A stretch of DNA of 64,000 nt from the sequence record OR805294.1; one strand, 5' to 3'. Numbering within the stretch: position 1 is the first letter of the stretch; each line of letters begins with the position of its first letter. This document shows, one piece after another, positions 41,140-50,944 of the stretch. The notes under the pieces are model-generated. The model was not told where the DNA came from. It saw only the letters and a list, made by a program, of their open reading frames with translations, and searched no databases. A program made the translations under genes and the position numbers.

Positions 41140-41530
41140 GTTACTTGTTAAGTAAGTTAAAAAGTCTGTAACAGTGATGTTACAGGATACACAGGCAAAT
41201 ACGGTTGGAAGATGCTGTGTAAAGAACAAATATCCAGCTCATTCCTAGGCATTATAGCCTACACATTATATTTGAATGGGCATAAAAACTTCCAAAGAAC
41301 CTTCGAAATTTTCTCATAGGATAGTGTATTAGAAGGAATGCACTATCAGGAAGCTGTAGGTGATGGTTGCTATCCCAGACAGTCCTTTCTAAAATACTTT
41401 AATATGATATAAAGTTCTATGCAACCGTATACATGCTGTAAGATATTAGATTACACCATGTATTAAACGTAAAAGCAAAACCTTCAGTTAGTAATCTCGC
41501 AGTGAAGGGGGTAGGTGAGTGCTACCCAAA
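41140..41530 (+). ncRNA. candidate large structured ncRNA or leader A (~390 nt)
   Basis: ORF-free, at least 10 helices, 9-bp loop-distal pairing 41199-41207/41422-41430; possible promoter TAGACA(41094)-16-TAATAT. Confidence 0.65.
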
Positions 41531-41570
41531 CTCAACAAACAACTAATGGTCTAGAAAAGGTATAGTATAC

Positions 41571-41978
41571 ATGCAACATACTCACATTCGTTTCTACAAC
41601 GAAGAAACTCAACAGATCGATAACCGCCGTGGCGCTACTGTTGCCTGGGAAACCGCCGGCAACAAGATCCGTATTTCCGTAGCAGCATGTTCGGAAATGG
41701 ATAACTTCAACCGCAAGACCGGACGTGAACATGCTGCTAGCCGTCTCGAAAGCGGCGACTACATCGAGTTTAACGGCACCGAACTTCTTAATGCACAGAT
41801 GTCTTCTGTAAGTCATGTGCAGTCTGAAGGTCTCGTTCGTGCTATGTGCTTCTTGCTAGCACAAGGCAAAGGCGATCTATATTACCCGGCAAGCGAAGGT
41901 CAGCTTCGCAGCGAAGCCGAGTGCAATAGCTACAACGCCCTCGAGTACCTGAAACACCAGATGGGCATTCATCAGTAA
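41571..41978 (+). CDS. GC-rich, host-codon-adapted hypothetical protein
   Basis: GC rise confined to the ORF; RRGATVAW ... CSEMDNFNRKTGR. Confidence 0.85.
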   Translation: MQHTHIRFYNEETQQIDNRRGATVAWETAGNKIRISVAACSEMDNFNRKTGREHAASRLESGDYIEFNGTELLNAQMSSVSHVQSEGLVRAMCFLLAQGKGDLYYPASEGQLRSEAECNSYNALEYLKHQMGIHQ

Positions 41979-41991
41979 GTATTCGGCCATT

Positions 41992-42034
41992 CGGAATTGC
42001 GATTTAGGTTTTGGAATTCTAAATCGCAATTCCG
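41992..42034. terminator. perfect 16-bp inverted repeat
   Basis: CGGAATTGCGATTTAG-11nt-CTAAATCGCAATTCCG. Confidence 0.65.
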
Positions 42035-42254
42035 GTTTCCAAATTCAATTTTAGGCACAAACTCGGATCCGCATTTGCATTTTGCATTTACATTTTGTGT
42101 TCTGAGTGTATATGCAAAATGCAATCGCGCATGTTGTCGATGCATTGGCTAATCTTTTATTTTTGATAGTTTAGAAAAGATTAAGAACAGAAACTATCTG
42201 TAAATTAATAAAAATAACATTTACATTACATACACATATGCATATACTATATAC

Positions 42255-42532
42255 AAGTTATGCGCTGTTGCATACGTAAATACCTCCTATGTTGTTTAGA
42301 TATGTCGATTCTGGTATAACCAGATAGACCTAAGGATGATGCTAGTGATTCCTTAGTATTGTATATTCTAGCTGAGTATAAAGAGTAAGGGGCTTTATAC
42401 AAATAACAATTCCTTAGGCAAGATATACCGCTCCGTTGTGCTGACGAGCATAATTTGCCCAGATACAGAGCACGTGACTGGTCTGAGGAGCATTTATATC
42501 AGAAAGGCAGACTTATGTTTGCCTTTCTTTTT
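42255..42532 (+). ncRNA. candidate ncRNA B (~280 nt)
   Basis: TTTACA(42220)-17-TATACT promoter, nested helices, intrinsic terminator 42501-42532, no ORF. Confidence 0.7.
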
Positions 42533-42550
42533 GAGCAGATATTCTCTTAT

Positions 42551-42629
42551 TCACTTCCTTATTCATTTCTTTATTCATCTCTATTTCGTTTGTCACTTCC
42601 TTATTCATTTCTTTATTCATCTCTATTTC
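42551..42629. repeat. pyrimidine-rich 37-bp direct repeat x2
   Basis: TCACTTCCTTATTCATTTCTTTATTCATCTCTATTTC at 42551 and 42593. Confidence 0.85.
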
Positions 42630-42639
42630 ATTTGTTATT

Positions 42640-42757
42640 GCAAATAAGACTAATTCTTATTTGCGTTTGTAATTTCATTTGTTATTGCAAATAAGACTAA
42701 TTCGTATTTGCATTTGCAACGAAAAAGAATATGCAAATAATAACTAATCTTATTTGC
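42640..42757. promoter_or_regulatory. cluster of three 25-bp palindromic boxes (Fur-box-like)
   Basis: GCAAATAAGACTAATTCTTATTTGC at 42640, variants at 42687 and 42733. Confidence 0.75.
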
Positions 42758-42931
42758 ATTTGCACTGCCTAGTATATGGATTGGTAGCATACTTGGAAAT
42801 GGATAGTAAATAAGTAGTTGATTTGTTTATAAATTATACTTCTACACCATACAGATTGACCTTGCTATATATAGCTCGTGCGCGCGTATACAAGATGGTA
42901 AAAAATAATTTAAAAATATTTTAAAAAATGC

Positions 42932-43055
42932 TTGACTTTCCATTACTACGACCTTAAAGTGCGAACTGTAGACGCAGTGTGTAGAGCGCTACATAGTAAG
43001 CAACGCAGAAAGTAAACAAAAAATGCTTGACGCAATGCAAACTAGGCTCTACACT
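42932..43055 (+). promoter_or_regulatory. tandem strong sigma70 promoters
   Basis: A/T UP element + TTGACT-17-TAAAGT and TTGACG-17-TACACT. Confidence 0.8.
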
Positions 43056-43138
43056 GTATACAAGCTTAAGGGGTAGGTGCCCCGAAAGTGTAGTAAGTAA
43101 ACAACATAATCCTTCCATCAGCTACAGAGGTATACAAC

Positions 43139-43843
43139 ATGTCCGTACATATCACTCGTCAACGTACCGACAAACAGCACGTCCTGGCACTGGCAATCAA
43201 CGGTGTGGTCATCGGCCAGACTATGGCTACCTACACCACCCCGAGCAAGCGCACCTGGTCGGCGACCGCCGAAGTCGAACTGGCAGACGGCACCGTCGTA
43301 CAGTTCGAGCAGAAAGAAGTGTTCAGCGCGATCCGCATCACCCGCGAAATCGAGCAGGCGCTCGACGGCAAGGAACTGGCGGCCAAGTACACCCCGGAAC
43401 CGAAAGTTCCCGGGCAGAAGGGTCCGAAACCGCTCACCGACGAAAGCCGGCTCAGCAACGCGATCGCGATCGTCAAAGCGGCCATCACCCACACCGGCTT
43501 CGACGAAGCTACCCTGGTGTTCGACGGGGTCGACAAGGCCAACTTCGAGCAGAACAGCACCTCCGTCGGCAACAAGCTGCGTCGCCTGGGCTTCGTCTTC
43601 GAACTCGGCGCCGGCAAGGCGAACAGCGGCAAGGGCTTCCTGATCAACCGCAAAGCGCAGGCCGAGGCAGAAGCTGCCGAACGCAAGGCCAAGCGCGACG
43701 CCGAGAAGAAGGAACGCGAAGAAAAAGCGGCGGCTGCCAAGCGCGAAGCTGACGAACGCAAGGCCAAGCGCGAAGCCGAACGCGCCGAAAAGGTCGCTGA
43801 AAAGAACGCAGCGATCGCCGGGGCAGCGCAGGAAAGCAAGTAA
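43139..43843 (+). CDS. GC-rich early protein with K/A/E/R coiled-coil tail; paralog of 61964..62422
   Basis: AGAGGT RBS; all 11 Ile codons are ATC; shared NGVVxGQ...xFSAIRI domain; terminator at 43859-43886. Confidence 0.9.
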   Translation: MSVHITRQRTDKQHVLALAINGVVIGQTMATYTTPSKRTWSATAEVELADGTVVQFEQKEVFSAIRITREIEQALDGKELAAKYTPEPKVPGQKGPKPLTDESRLSNAIAIVKAAITHTGFDEATLVFDGVDKANFEQNSTSVGNKLRRLGFVFELGAGKANSGKGFLINRKAQAEAEAAERKAKRDAEKKEREEKAAAAKREADERKAKREAERAEKVAEKNAAIAGAAQESK

Positions 43844-44770
43844 TTGCCCAACTGCGCCAGAAGGGGAGCAATAGCTCCCCTTTCTTCATGACCACACAAT
43901 CTATATACTACTATGTCTTTAACTATATTTTCTATATCAGCTAATTTGTATACAATAACTTGGTATTCTGCGCAACTGACACAATGGTGTTATATAGACA
44001 TAATAACACGCGACGCTAATATTTTTATAACCTATCCATTTTATAATAACATATTTGTATCTAAAATTAGTTCTAATACAATAATTGAAGAAAAAATTGA
44101 AGAAAAATATGAACACTATATTAGAGATATGTCGTGGAATAAGAAATGACTATATAACAGTCAATAATTTTACATATGACTACTATCTAGAGGTAAACAC
44201 ACCTGCGTTTTCTTTAATGATAATTATTCCGACAGTTCCTATATTAGACAATACTTGCATTACTTTTATAAAAAAGTATTAATATGAATATATTCTTTAT
44301 ATCAAACGGTCTATCTAATATAATATATCATAGAGAGTATGATACACATATGATAGATATTGAGATTAATAATTCTACTGTTATTTGGCTTACATATTCT
44401 TTCAGTGTTGCTAAGGTATCATTTAGATATATTACCTGATTCGTTTTCTTATTGTATGAGTTGCAATTGCAAATTACTCTTATTTGTAATTACATATAAA
44501 CAATCAGTTGCTATTAAAAGTATTTGCTGTTAATATACTATATAACAGTGCAATTGATATTTTAAAATACAGTGTGCAATACATCTTACATGTATTAAAA
44601 TTTGTGTGTTACTTGTTTTGCATTAATGATTAATATACCTCTCTTACAGTACAAAACTCATACTATATACAATTTGTTCGGGCGATCGTTCTCGAAAAGT
44701 ATACAAGTGAGAGATAGCAATCTAATTATACTTGTTAGTTTCTATATAGAAGGTTCTAAATATAGAAAAT

Positions 44771-45076
44771 TTGTATATAACAAAGAATACCTCAAAGGGA
44801 TTTCAGCATATGCAAACAACAATCGTTAATGCCCTAAAATCTATTAATGTAAAGTATTCGGATATATTTTACACAAATGGTAATTTGTGTAATACTGTTA
44901 CAATACGAAATATTCGTAAAAATGGTAAATTAGATTCGGCAGAACAAATTAATGTCGAATCAGTTGTGAGCAATTATTTGATTCAAAAAGATTTAAATTT
45001 GCCCTTTTCTATTCAGTGGGCAAATAATGATTGTTGCGAAGAGTATACTACACTTATTCTCTTCTTCAGAAAATAG
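44771..45076 (+). CDS. hypothetical protein (start probably 44810)
   Basis: AAGGGA RBS before ATG 44810. Confidence 0.65.
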   Translation: MYITKNTSKGFQHMQTTIVNALKSINVKYSDIFYTNGNLCNTVTIRNIRKNGKLDSAEQINVESVVSNYLIQKDLNLPFSIQWANNDCCEEYTTLILFFRK

Positions 45077-45249
45077 TGTATGATTAGATTAAAAAGATAT
45101 GTTCAATTGCATAGCATATACAGATTGTCTTACTATGCGCACGGCATACATTTTAGCAAAACAAAGAATATAATGCTTTACGTAGGAAACGCAGGTCCCG
45201 TACCCGTAACATGACAGTATATAGCGTTAAAATGTGCATTTTTTGCACG

Positions 45250-45369
45250 ATTTTGCGGGGTATGCGTTACAAGCAATACACACATACTGCTTTTAAAATG
45301 CATGCTTACATGCGCTTTGTAGGGGGTTTAAAACATGCTTAAATTAGTTACCACTGTGCTATACAACGT
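45250..45369. other. GA/TC-free island (120 nt; 155 nt allowing one GA)
   Basis: hand scan. Confidence 0.75.
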
Positions 45370-45547
45370 CTGTGTAGCTTCGTTAATAATGATTGTGTTT
45401 GTATGTGGTATAAATTTAGTAATGTATATAGATAACAATACTGACAATAATCCAGTTGTTATCTTTATTTCCCTTCTATCGGTTATTTGGGGCGTTGCGC
45501 GGTTAAGCTATATGTTTGTTACTATCCAATTTCAGTCCAAGAAATAA
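45335..45547 (+). CDS. small membrane protein
   Basis: two hydrophobic segments. Confidence 0.55.
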   Translation: MLKLVTTVLYNVCVASLIMIVFVCGINLVMYIDNNTDNNPVVIFISLLSVIWGVARLSYMFVTIQFQSKK

Positions 45548-45562
45548 AAGTATTGGTAACAT

Positions 45563-45904
45563 ATGATAGATAAAAACGGAAATACAGAAGACTTTGATTT
45601 TGATAATGCATGCACTATAACCGATCTGCCTGTGCCTCTTCAGCAAAAAATACAATCATATAAATTAAATAAAATATTGGTTATGGTTGCAATCCTTAAA
45701 TATTCGAATATAAAACAAGAAATTGGATGTTTCGCTATCATATGGGATCATATAATAAAAATAACGGTTGAAGTAAAATGCAATCCGTATGCAGAAACAC
45801 ACATACTCATGCATGCGCATGTATTTTCTAATTCCGATTCATGTACTCATAGTGTATTGCTGAATTACAGAAACAAATATTTACCCACCAATTATTATAA
45901 TTAA
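45563..45904 (+). CDS. hypothetical protein
   Basis: ORF in operon. Confidence 0.6.
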   Translation: MIDKNGNTEDFDFDNACTITDLPVPLQQKIQSYKLNKILVMVAILKYSNIKQEIGCFAIIWDHIIKITVEVKCNPYAETHILMHAHVFSNSDSCTHSVLLNYRNKYLPTNYYN

Positions 45905-45905
45905 T

Positions 45906-46313
45906 ATGGAAGATATTCTTAAAATTGCTAAACTAATCGGGTACGTAAACATACATGCAAATAAACATTTTCGGTATGTTTTTAACAAAGATATGGAACA
46001 TGTATGTGTTAGTGCCAAGACTAGGACAAGTATGAACGGAATAAAATACCTTTATGTAGTAATGAATATATATTATATATATTGCCAGCAAGAAAGTGTT
46101 GCCGTTATATTAAACGAAGTAAACACTGATGAAATGCCTGTATTAGACAATCTTTATGCTAAACTTAATGATTTAGTTACACATAAATCTATTATAAAAT
46201 TTAAATATACAGAAATAACACAAGAACAAATAGATTTGTTGAATAATAGTGAAAGATATATAGTATATTTTGACTCTTATTTAGAAGAATACGGAATAGC
46301 TTCGTTTTATTAA
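45906..46313 (+). CDS. hypothetical protein
   Basis: ORF in operon. Confidence 0.65.
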   Translation: MEDILKIAKLIGYVNIHANKHFRYVFNKDMEHVCVSAKTRTSMNGIKYLYVVMNIYYIYCQQESVAVILNEVNTDEMPVLDNLYAKLNDLVTHKSIIKFKYTEITQEQIDLLNNSERYIVYFDSYLEEYGIASFY

Positions 46314-46326
46314 TTTTGAGGAATAT

Positions 46327-46524
46327 ATGAAAAAACAAACAGGATTTACAGATTGGCCATTGATTAGTTTGGGTACAATTATTATCTTGTGTGTATGGGT
46401 ATTAATTCTACAATACACAGAAATAAATGTACTAGAAGAAAAATGTAACAAAGTAGGTGGTATTTTTAATAACACCGTTTGCATACGGTCAGATGCAATT
46501 ATTAACTTAGATAAGGTAAAATAA
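46327..46524 (+). CDS. small protein with TM anchor and C-terminal Cys pair
   Basis: GAGGA RBS; EEKCNKVGG...C. Confidence 0.7.
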   Translation: MKKQTGFTDWPLISLGTIIILCVWVLILQYTEINVLEEKCNKVGGIFNNTVCIRSDAIINLDKVK

Positions 46525-46525
46525 A

Positions 46526-46783
46526 ATGCCAAAACTTTACGTTAACAAAAAACATGATACCATTTATCTTCAATTAGATCATTTCTCATCTAATACTGTA
46601 TCTCCAATTAATTATAACGAAGATGTAGAATATGTAATTGATAGGGTCCGTAGTCTGCACAAATCCGGCTTCGGATTTAGTCATATGAATACTCTACAAG
46701 AATATCTTACGGCAAGAACAGAGCAGGATAAGAAGTTTAAGCTTAAAGTAGAAGACTTCGAAGTAGTATCATTTAAGATTTAA
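46526..46783 (+). CDS. hypothetical protein
   Basis: AAGGT RBS. Confidence 0.7.
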   Translation: MPKLYVNKKHDTIYLQLDHFSSNTVSPINYNEDVEYVIDRVRSLHKSGFGFSHMNTLQEYLTARTEQDKKFKLKVEDFEVVSFKI

Positions 46784-46804
46784 AATTATACATAATCAAA
46801 GTAT

Positions 46805-46833
46805 TTGACATTTGATGTGTATACTAGTATAAT
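46805..46833 (+). promoter_or_regulatory. perfect sigma70 promoter driving an ORF-free transcript
   Basis: TTGACA-17-TATAAT. Confidence 0.9.
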
Positions 46834-46839
46834 TTGCTC

Positions 46840-47570
46840 ATGCTGTCGTAACAGCTACTTTGTTCCATTCACAAGCAGCTCTGTTCCATTATTGGATATT
46901 GGTAGTAGAAACTATCCCCATCGTGCCCACAGTATTGTTCTGTTAGAGACAGATTAAAGCATACAAAAGTGGGTTATTTAAATTATGATTTTGGGTGCTG
47001 AAGTATAGTCGTTAGACAAGGATATGTCTAATGTTGCAAAGGACTATGCGAAACGTATTATATATCTTATCCGATAATAGATATGTAATAAAAGGATGAA
47101 GCTCTGGTAGAAACAGAGTGTAATTCTTGCTTGTATTTCGCACGGATATACAAAAGAATATACACACCAACTTCAGCATTGATGTAAATTTTCTAGCATA
47201 GGTATATAACATCGATGTTCCGGGATTCATTGGAAACAATGAGAGAATGATGTAATCTGAGGAAAAAGGTCCCCGCCTCGTCCATATTACGAAATGGTTT
47301 TGAGTACTTATGCCCTCGTCCTATATTGGCATATGGGTTTTATATTTCTCCCGTAATTACGGGAGAATATAATTTCCTGAACCTACTTGGAAATGGACGC
47401 TTCTGCTGTGCAAAGCACAGCATCTAAGGGCCTTCACCCTTACCGCTAAGAGCAAGAGCAAAAGCAATATAATTACAAATAAGAATTAATTATTGTTTAG
47501 TTTTATCGTAATGAATATGAAGATAAAAACTAAACAATAATTCACATGTAGCGTTAGCTACTGTGAATAT
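46840..47570 (+). ncRNA. candidate large ornate ncRNA C (~600-730 nt)
   Basis: consensus promoter, no + strand ORF, more than 12 helices including long-range TGCTGAAG/CTTCAGCA. Confidence 0.75.
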
Positions 47571-47699
47571 CTACTATAGTATTAACCATATATGTATACA
47601 AGGGCATAATATGGCTGTTACTTGTTGACAGTTTGATATATGTGTTACACTGCATAAATCAAATGTACATTACAATGTTTTGATTATTAGGAACATACT

Positions 47700-48290
47700 A
47701 TGTCATTTTCTTTGACTGCTGCTATTAATCGATATACTAGTCTAATAGAAGAAAATTTCAAAATAAATTATCTGAAGAATTTTGCGTCAGGATATATCTC
47801 ATATAAATTACTAAGAAATAAAGCACTCCTGCATACTGAAATATCACATGGACGTGATTATATAAAGGTAATTATTTCTTATACATATGTAGAAAATAAT
47901 GTTGAATTAGATATAAAATCATCTATTGTACATTCGTATATTTCTACTACTGATTGCTCTAAATTTAAAGTAGGAGATATAAGAACGTTTTACGATTCAG
48001 TTCCTCGTGGAAATGTTTTTAATATTAAAGAGAATACTCAAGTTAGCTGGTCAACAGCTAATATTGGAATTTACGAGAATCCGTTTAATCTTAATTATAT
48101 CTCGAACAATAAGTATATTCGATTAGAAACAGGAGATATATTTGTCTGTATTAATGACAGTATGGTAAATGAACTACAAGAACATATGCATGTTCATTCT
48201 ATATGTACTAACAAAACAAAGAAGTTTTATGTAAAAGAAATTGATTTAAACATGCTACATTACAAAAACACATTATGGAATAAAGAATGA
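47700..48290 (+). CDS. hypothetical protein
   Basis: 196-aa ORF, AGGA RBS. Confidence 0.75.
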   Translation: MSFSLTAAINRYTSLIEENFKINYLKNFASGYISYKLLRNKALLHTEISHGRDYIKVIISYTYVENNVELDIKSSIVHSYISTTDCSKFKVGDIRTFYDSVPRGNVFNIKENTQVSWSTANIGIYENPFNLNYISNNKYIRLETGDIFVCINDSMVNELQEHMHVHSICTNKTKKFYVKEIDLNMLHYKNTLWNKE

Positions 48291-48835
48291 ACTACAAAGC
48301 ATTAGAAGTATTTTATTTCTTTCTAGAACATTACAAGGTAAATCCAGTTGCCGACTTGGAATTTAAATTCGAACCCTCGGGTAGTGATGATCAATCTAAG
48401 CGCAAGTCATCACTGTCGTTTGTTAAACGCATTGGTGTTCTTACTCCTTCATTTAACGAATTATACGAAGTTCAGAATCGATTCATGACAGATCTTCGAG
48501 AAATGAATGTAGTATATAAGATAGGATTTAATTATAATGCATTCAACGTATTAGCACCTTTGTATGCAAGATATGAAAAGAATGTAAAAGAATTTCGTCG
48601 ACTTTTAAAGAAATACTCAAGTTTCAACGAAGTAACAGAATATTACAAAAAAGCCAACAATATGTTACCGGACAATGTATACGAAACAATGAAGGAAGAT
48701 TTTTCATTGTTTAATGACGTTACTACAAAGAGGTTATCTGAAATAAAACTTTGTTATCCTAATTGGCAAGTATGGGATTCTGAACATCCCAACTGGGAAA
48801 CAATAAATCAACTTTATAAGAATGCAAAGAAATAA
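48287..48835 (+). CDS. hypothetical protein
   Basis: 182-aa coupled ORF; terminator at 48846-48873. Confidence 0.75.
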   Translation: MNYKALEVFYFFLEHYKVNPVADLEFKFEPSGSDDQSKRKSSLSFVKRIGVLTPSFNELYEVQNRFMTDLREMNVVYKIGFNYNAFNVLAPLYARYEKNVKEFRRLLKKYSSFNEVTEYYKKANNMLPDNVYETMKEDFSLFNDVTTKRLSEIKLCYPNWQVWDSEHPNWETINQLYKNAKK

Positions 48836-48963
48836 TGCATATTTAGAAAGGGAATTATAATTCCCTTTCTTTTTGGATCTATATTAGCAAATGCTAATTA
48901 ATCTTATTTGCACAAATTTAATCCTATTGTGTTTTCTATTTTGAAGTGCTACATTACATGTAG

Positions 48964-49551
48964 TTGCATAAAACTATATACAGGAGAAATGATATGTGCT
49001 ATGCATGGGATATCAAAGACGGGGATGATATCGAAGTCGAAGCAGTTATGGATGAACGAAGCTATGAGTGGACCGGCAAGTTACGTATCATCCAGTATCG
49101 GACCCTTCAATCAGCTCAGTGGCGGGTTATTATCAATATAGTAGAATTTTGGAGTCATTTAACTGAAAGTATATTGAACGAACTTGGCATAGAAGCTAAA
49201 CACATCACTAAAGGATATGCCACACTTAGTATGGTTCGTTTCCCGGATGTTGATTACCTATTTAGTGTAACACCCGATAATGCAGATTATGTAACTGTTA
49301 ACCACAGTGCAGTAGATATTTCTGACAGTTGGTTTGTTGCAAAAAATATAAAAGCAGTTATGTATCACTTGGGATCTGAAATCCAGATCACTCCGTGGTT
49401 TGTGCGTAAAGATAGTAGTGAGTCAAACTTCGATTGTATTGATCGATTAGTAGCTCTAGTAAAAGAGAATACTGATGTTGACACGTATCAGTACATCAAA
49501 GTAGGTTGTCCTCAAGACAAGTCATTTTACTTTGCGTGGATAGACAAATAA
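48964..49551 (+). CDS. hypothetical protein (start probably 48989)
   Basis: AGGAGA RBS. Confidence 0.75.
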   Translation: MHKTIYRRNDMCYAWDIKDGDDIEVEAVMDERSYEWTGKLRIIQYRTLQSAQWRVIINIVEFWSHLTESILNELGIEAKHITKGYATLSMVRFPDVDYLFSVTPDNADYVTVNHSAVDISDSWFVAKNIKAVMYHLGSEIQITPWFVRKDSSESNFDCIDRLVALVKENTDVDTYQYIKVGCPQDKSFYFAWIDK

Positions 49552-49640
49552 TTCGTTTGCTATACGTACTAATACGTTGTATACTGTTAGTACGCATAGT
49601 AGAAGTAACACATAACGTTTTGATTTAATGGAGCCTTAAC

Positions 49641-49892
49641 ATGAAAGAAGAATTTGAATCGTGGATTCGGACTCGTTCTTCAGCGCCGCTTGCGTATAAT
49701 GCAGTCGACGACTTGTACCTCAACCCGCATGTTCAGGCACGCTACGAGGCTTGGAAAGCCAGTCGTGTGGCACTAAGGGTAGTGTTGCCGAAATCCCAGA
49801 TGGCGTTAGATTACGCGCCCAAAACAAAAGTTTTCAATACAATCGACATGGAATTGGCCCTCCGGCAAGCCGGAATAGAGGTGAAGCCATGA
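49641..49892 (+). CDS. Pseudomonas temperate-phage-like hypothetical protein
   Basis: EEFESW ... YEAWKASRVALRVVLP pattern; GC shift. Confidence 0.7.
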   Translation: MKEEFESWIRTRSSAPLAYNAVDDLYLNPHVQARYEAWKASRVALRVVLPKSQMALDYAPKTKVFNTIDMELALRQAGIEVKP

Positions 49893-50098
49893 AGACATTT
49901 TTGAAGATGCTCGCATATTGCGTGCTTGGGACATCCATTGGCATTGCCATCAGCCAATGGTTCATCTTCGTCCTAGAGATGAGGCTTGGCGCCGTGCTCT
50001 GGTACATCGTTGGCCTTGGTCCTGTGCTGCTTGTGTTTTGCATTTTGGGCAGCTTCCTTCAATGGCTGATTCATAAGAACTTGGAGAAAAAGCAATGA
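49889..50098 (+). CDS. small membrane protein
   Basis: ATGA-coupled start at 49889; two TM segments. Confidence 0.7.
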   Translation: MKTFLKMLAYCVLGTSIGIAISQWFIFVLEMRLGAVLWYIVGLGPVLLVFCILGSFLQWLIHKNLEKKQ

Positions 50099-50169
50099 CC
50101 GACCACGCAGAGCTGCGGAGGCTGGCTAAAGAAGTGATCCGAATTGAACGAAATGAGGATGCAGCATGA
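50095..50169 (+). pseudogene. 24-aa remnant MTDHAELRRLAKEV...
   Basis: ATGA-coupled at both ends; start typical of Ead/Ea22-like genes. Confidence 0.5.
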
Positions 50170-50681
50170 GCATTGACTGGAGCAAGGCACCAGAGGGCGC
50201 GACTCATTGGGAGCCAACAGGACTTGAGTTCAATGAAAGATGGATGAAGAAAGAAGGGAATGGCTGGTTCTTTTGGGGGCTAGGTGCAGAATGGAAATAC
50301 GGGGGTGATGTATCCGCAGAGCGTGAGGCGACATTCGAGGCTAGACCGCAAGAGGCCTGGGACGGCCAGGGTCTACCGCCGGTTGGCCTGATGGTGGAGT
50401 GGAAGGCAGGCCTTGATCACGACTGGCAGCGCGTAACCGTGCTTGCCTACGCCAATGGCGACGCGTGGTTTCAGCCCGAGGATGGCCCGTCTTTCATCGT
50501 CGGCAACCCGGCAAACTTCAGGCGTATCCGCACCCCCGAGCAGTTGGCCGCCGAGGAGCGGGAAAAGGCGATTAATCAGATGATTTCTGATGCTGGATAC
50601 GTAGATCCGAAGATTGGCACATTTGTGGCTATGCGCAATCTCTACGACGCCGGCTACCGGCGCCGGGAGGAAGGGAAATGA
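50166..50681 (+). CDS. Pseudomonas phage hypothetical protein (IDWSKAPEGATH family)
   Basis: MSIDWSKAPEGATHW ... WDGQGLPPVG ... FRRIRTPEQLAAEEREKA. Confidence 0.8.
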   Translation: MSIDWSKAPEGATHWEPTGLEFNERWMKKEGNGWFFWGLGAEWKYGGDVSAEREATFEARPQEAWDGQGLPPVGLMVEWKAGLDHDWQRVTVLAYANGDAWFQPEDGPSFIVGNPANFRRIRTPEQLAAEEREKAINQMISDAGYVDPKIGTFVAMRNLYDAGYRRREEGK

Positions 50682-50944
50682 GCAGACTGACAGCTGAGCA
50701 AGCCCGTGACATAGCGCGAGCGAAAGACGATGTCGATACTATCCTCAACGACATCGCCAAAACAGCCGCAGAAGGAAAGTACGTGTACACTACCCGCGCC
50801 TATGGGTTCGGCACAGGCGGCGGACGGCGCAGCGACGCGATCCTCAAAGTGTTGCGTAGCCTCGGCTACGACTGTGCGGTGCATGCTGAGGGACGCCAGT
50901 CTGTCGACCTGTGGCTTGAAGTGAAATGGGGAGACAAGCCATGA
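50678..50944 (+). CDS. hypothetical protein
   Basis: coupled GC-rich ORF. Confidence 0.75.
   Translation: MSRLTAEQARDIARAKDDVDTILNDIAKTAAEGKYVYTTRAYGFGTGGGRRSDAILKVLRSLGYDCAVHAEGRQSVDLWLEVKWGDKP

Noticed and set aside
42440-42505. Hammerhead ribozyme (CTGACGA, CTGAGGA)
   Set aside because: No stem II followed by GAAA at the required position and no matching stems I and III
43027-43899. Overlapping long ORFs (43027..43752, 43203..43643, minus 43231..43899); likewise 2499..3008 and 62060..62448
   Set aside because: Shadow frames caused by GC-rich codon bias; only one frame has an RBS, promoter and coherent codon usage
47000-47280. Group I intron (ATAGTC/GACTAT) or RNase P (GAGGAAA...GTCC)
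   Set aside because: P7 strands are in the wrong order and no interrupted gene flanks it; the RNase P CR-I match is imperfect and CR-V is absent
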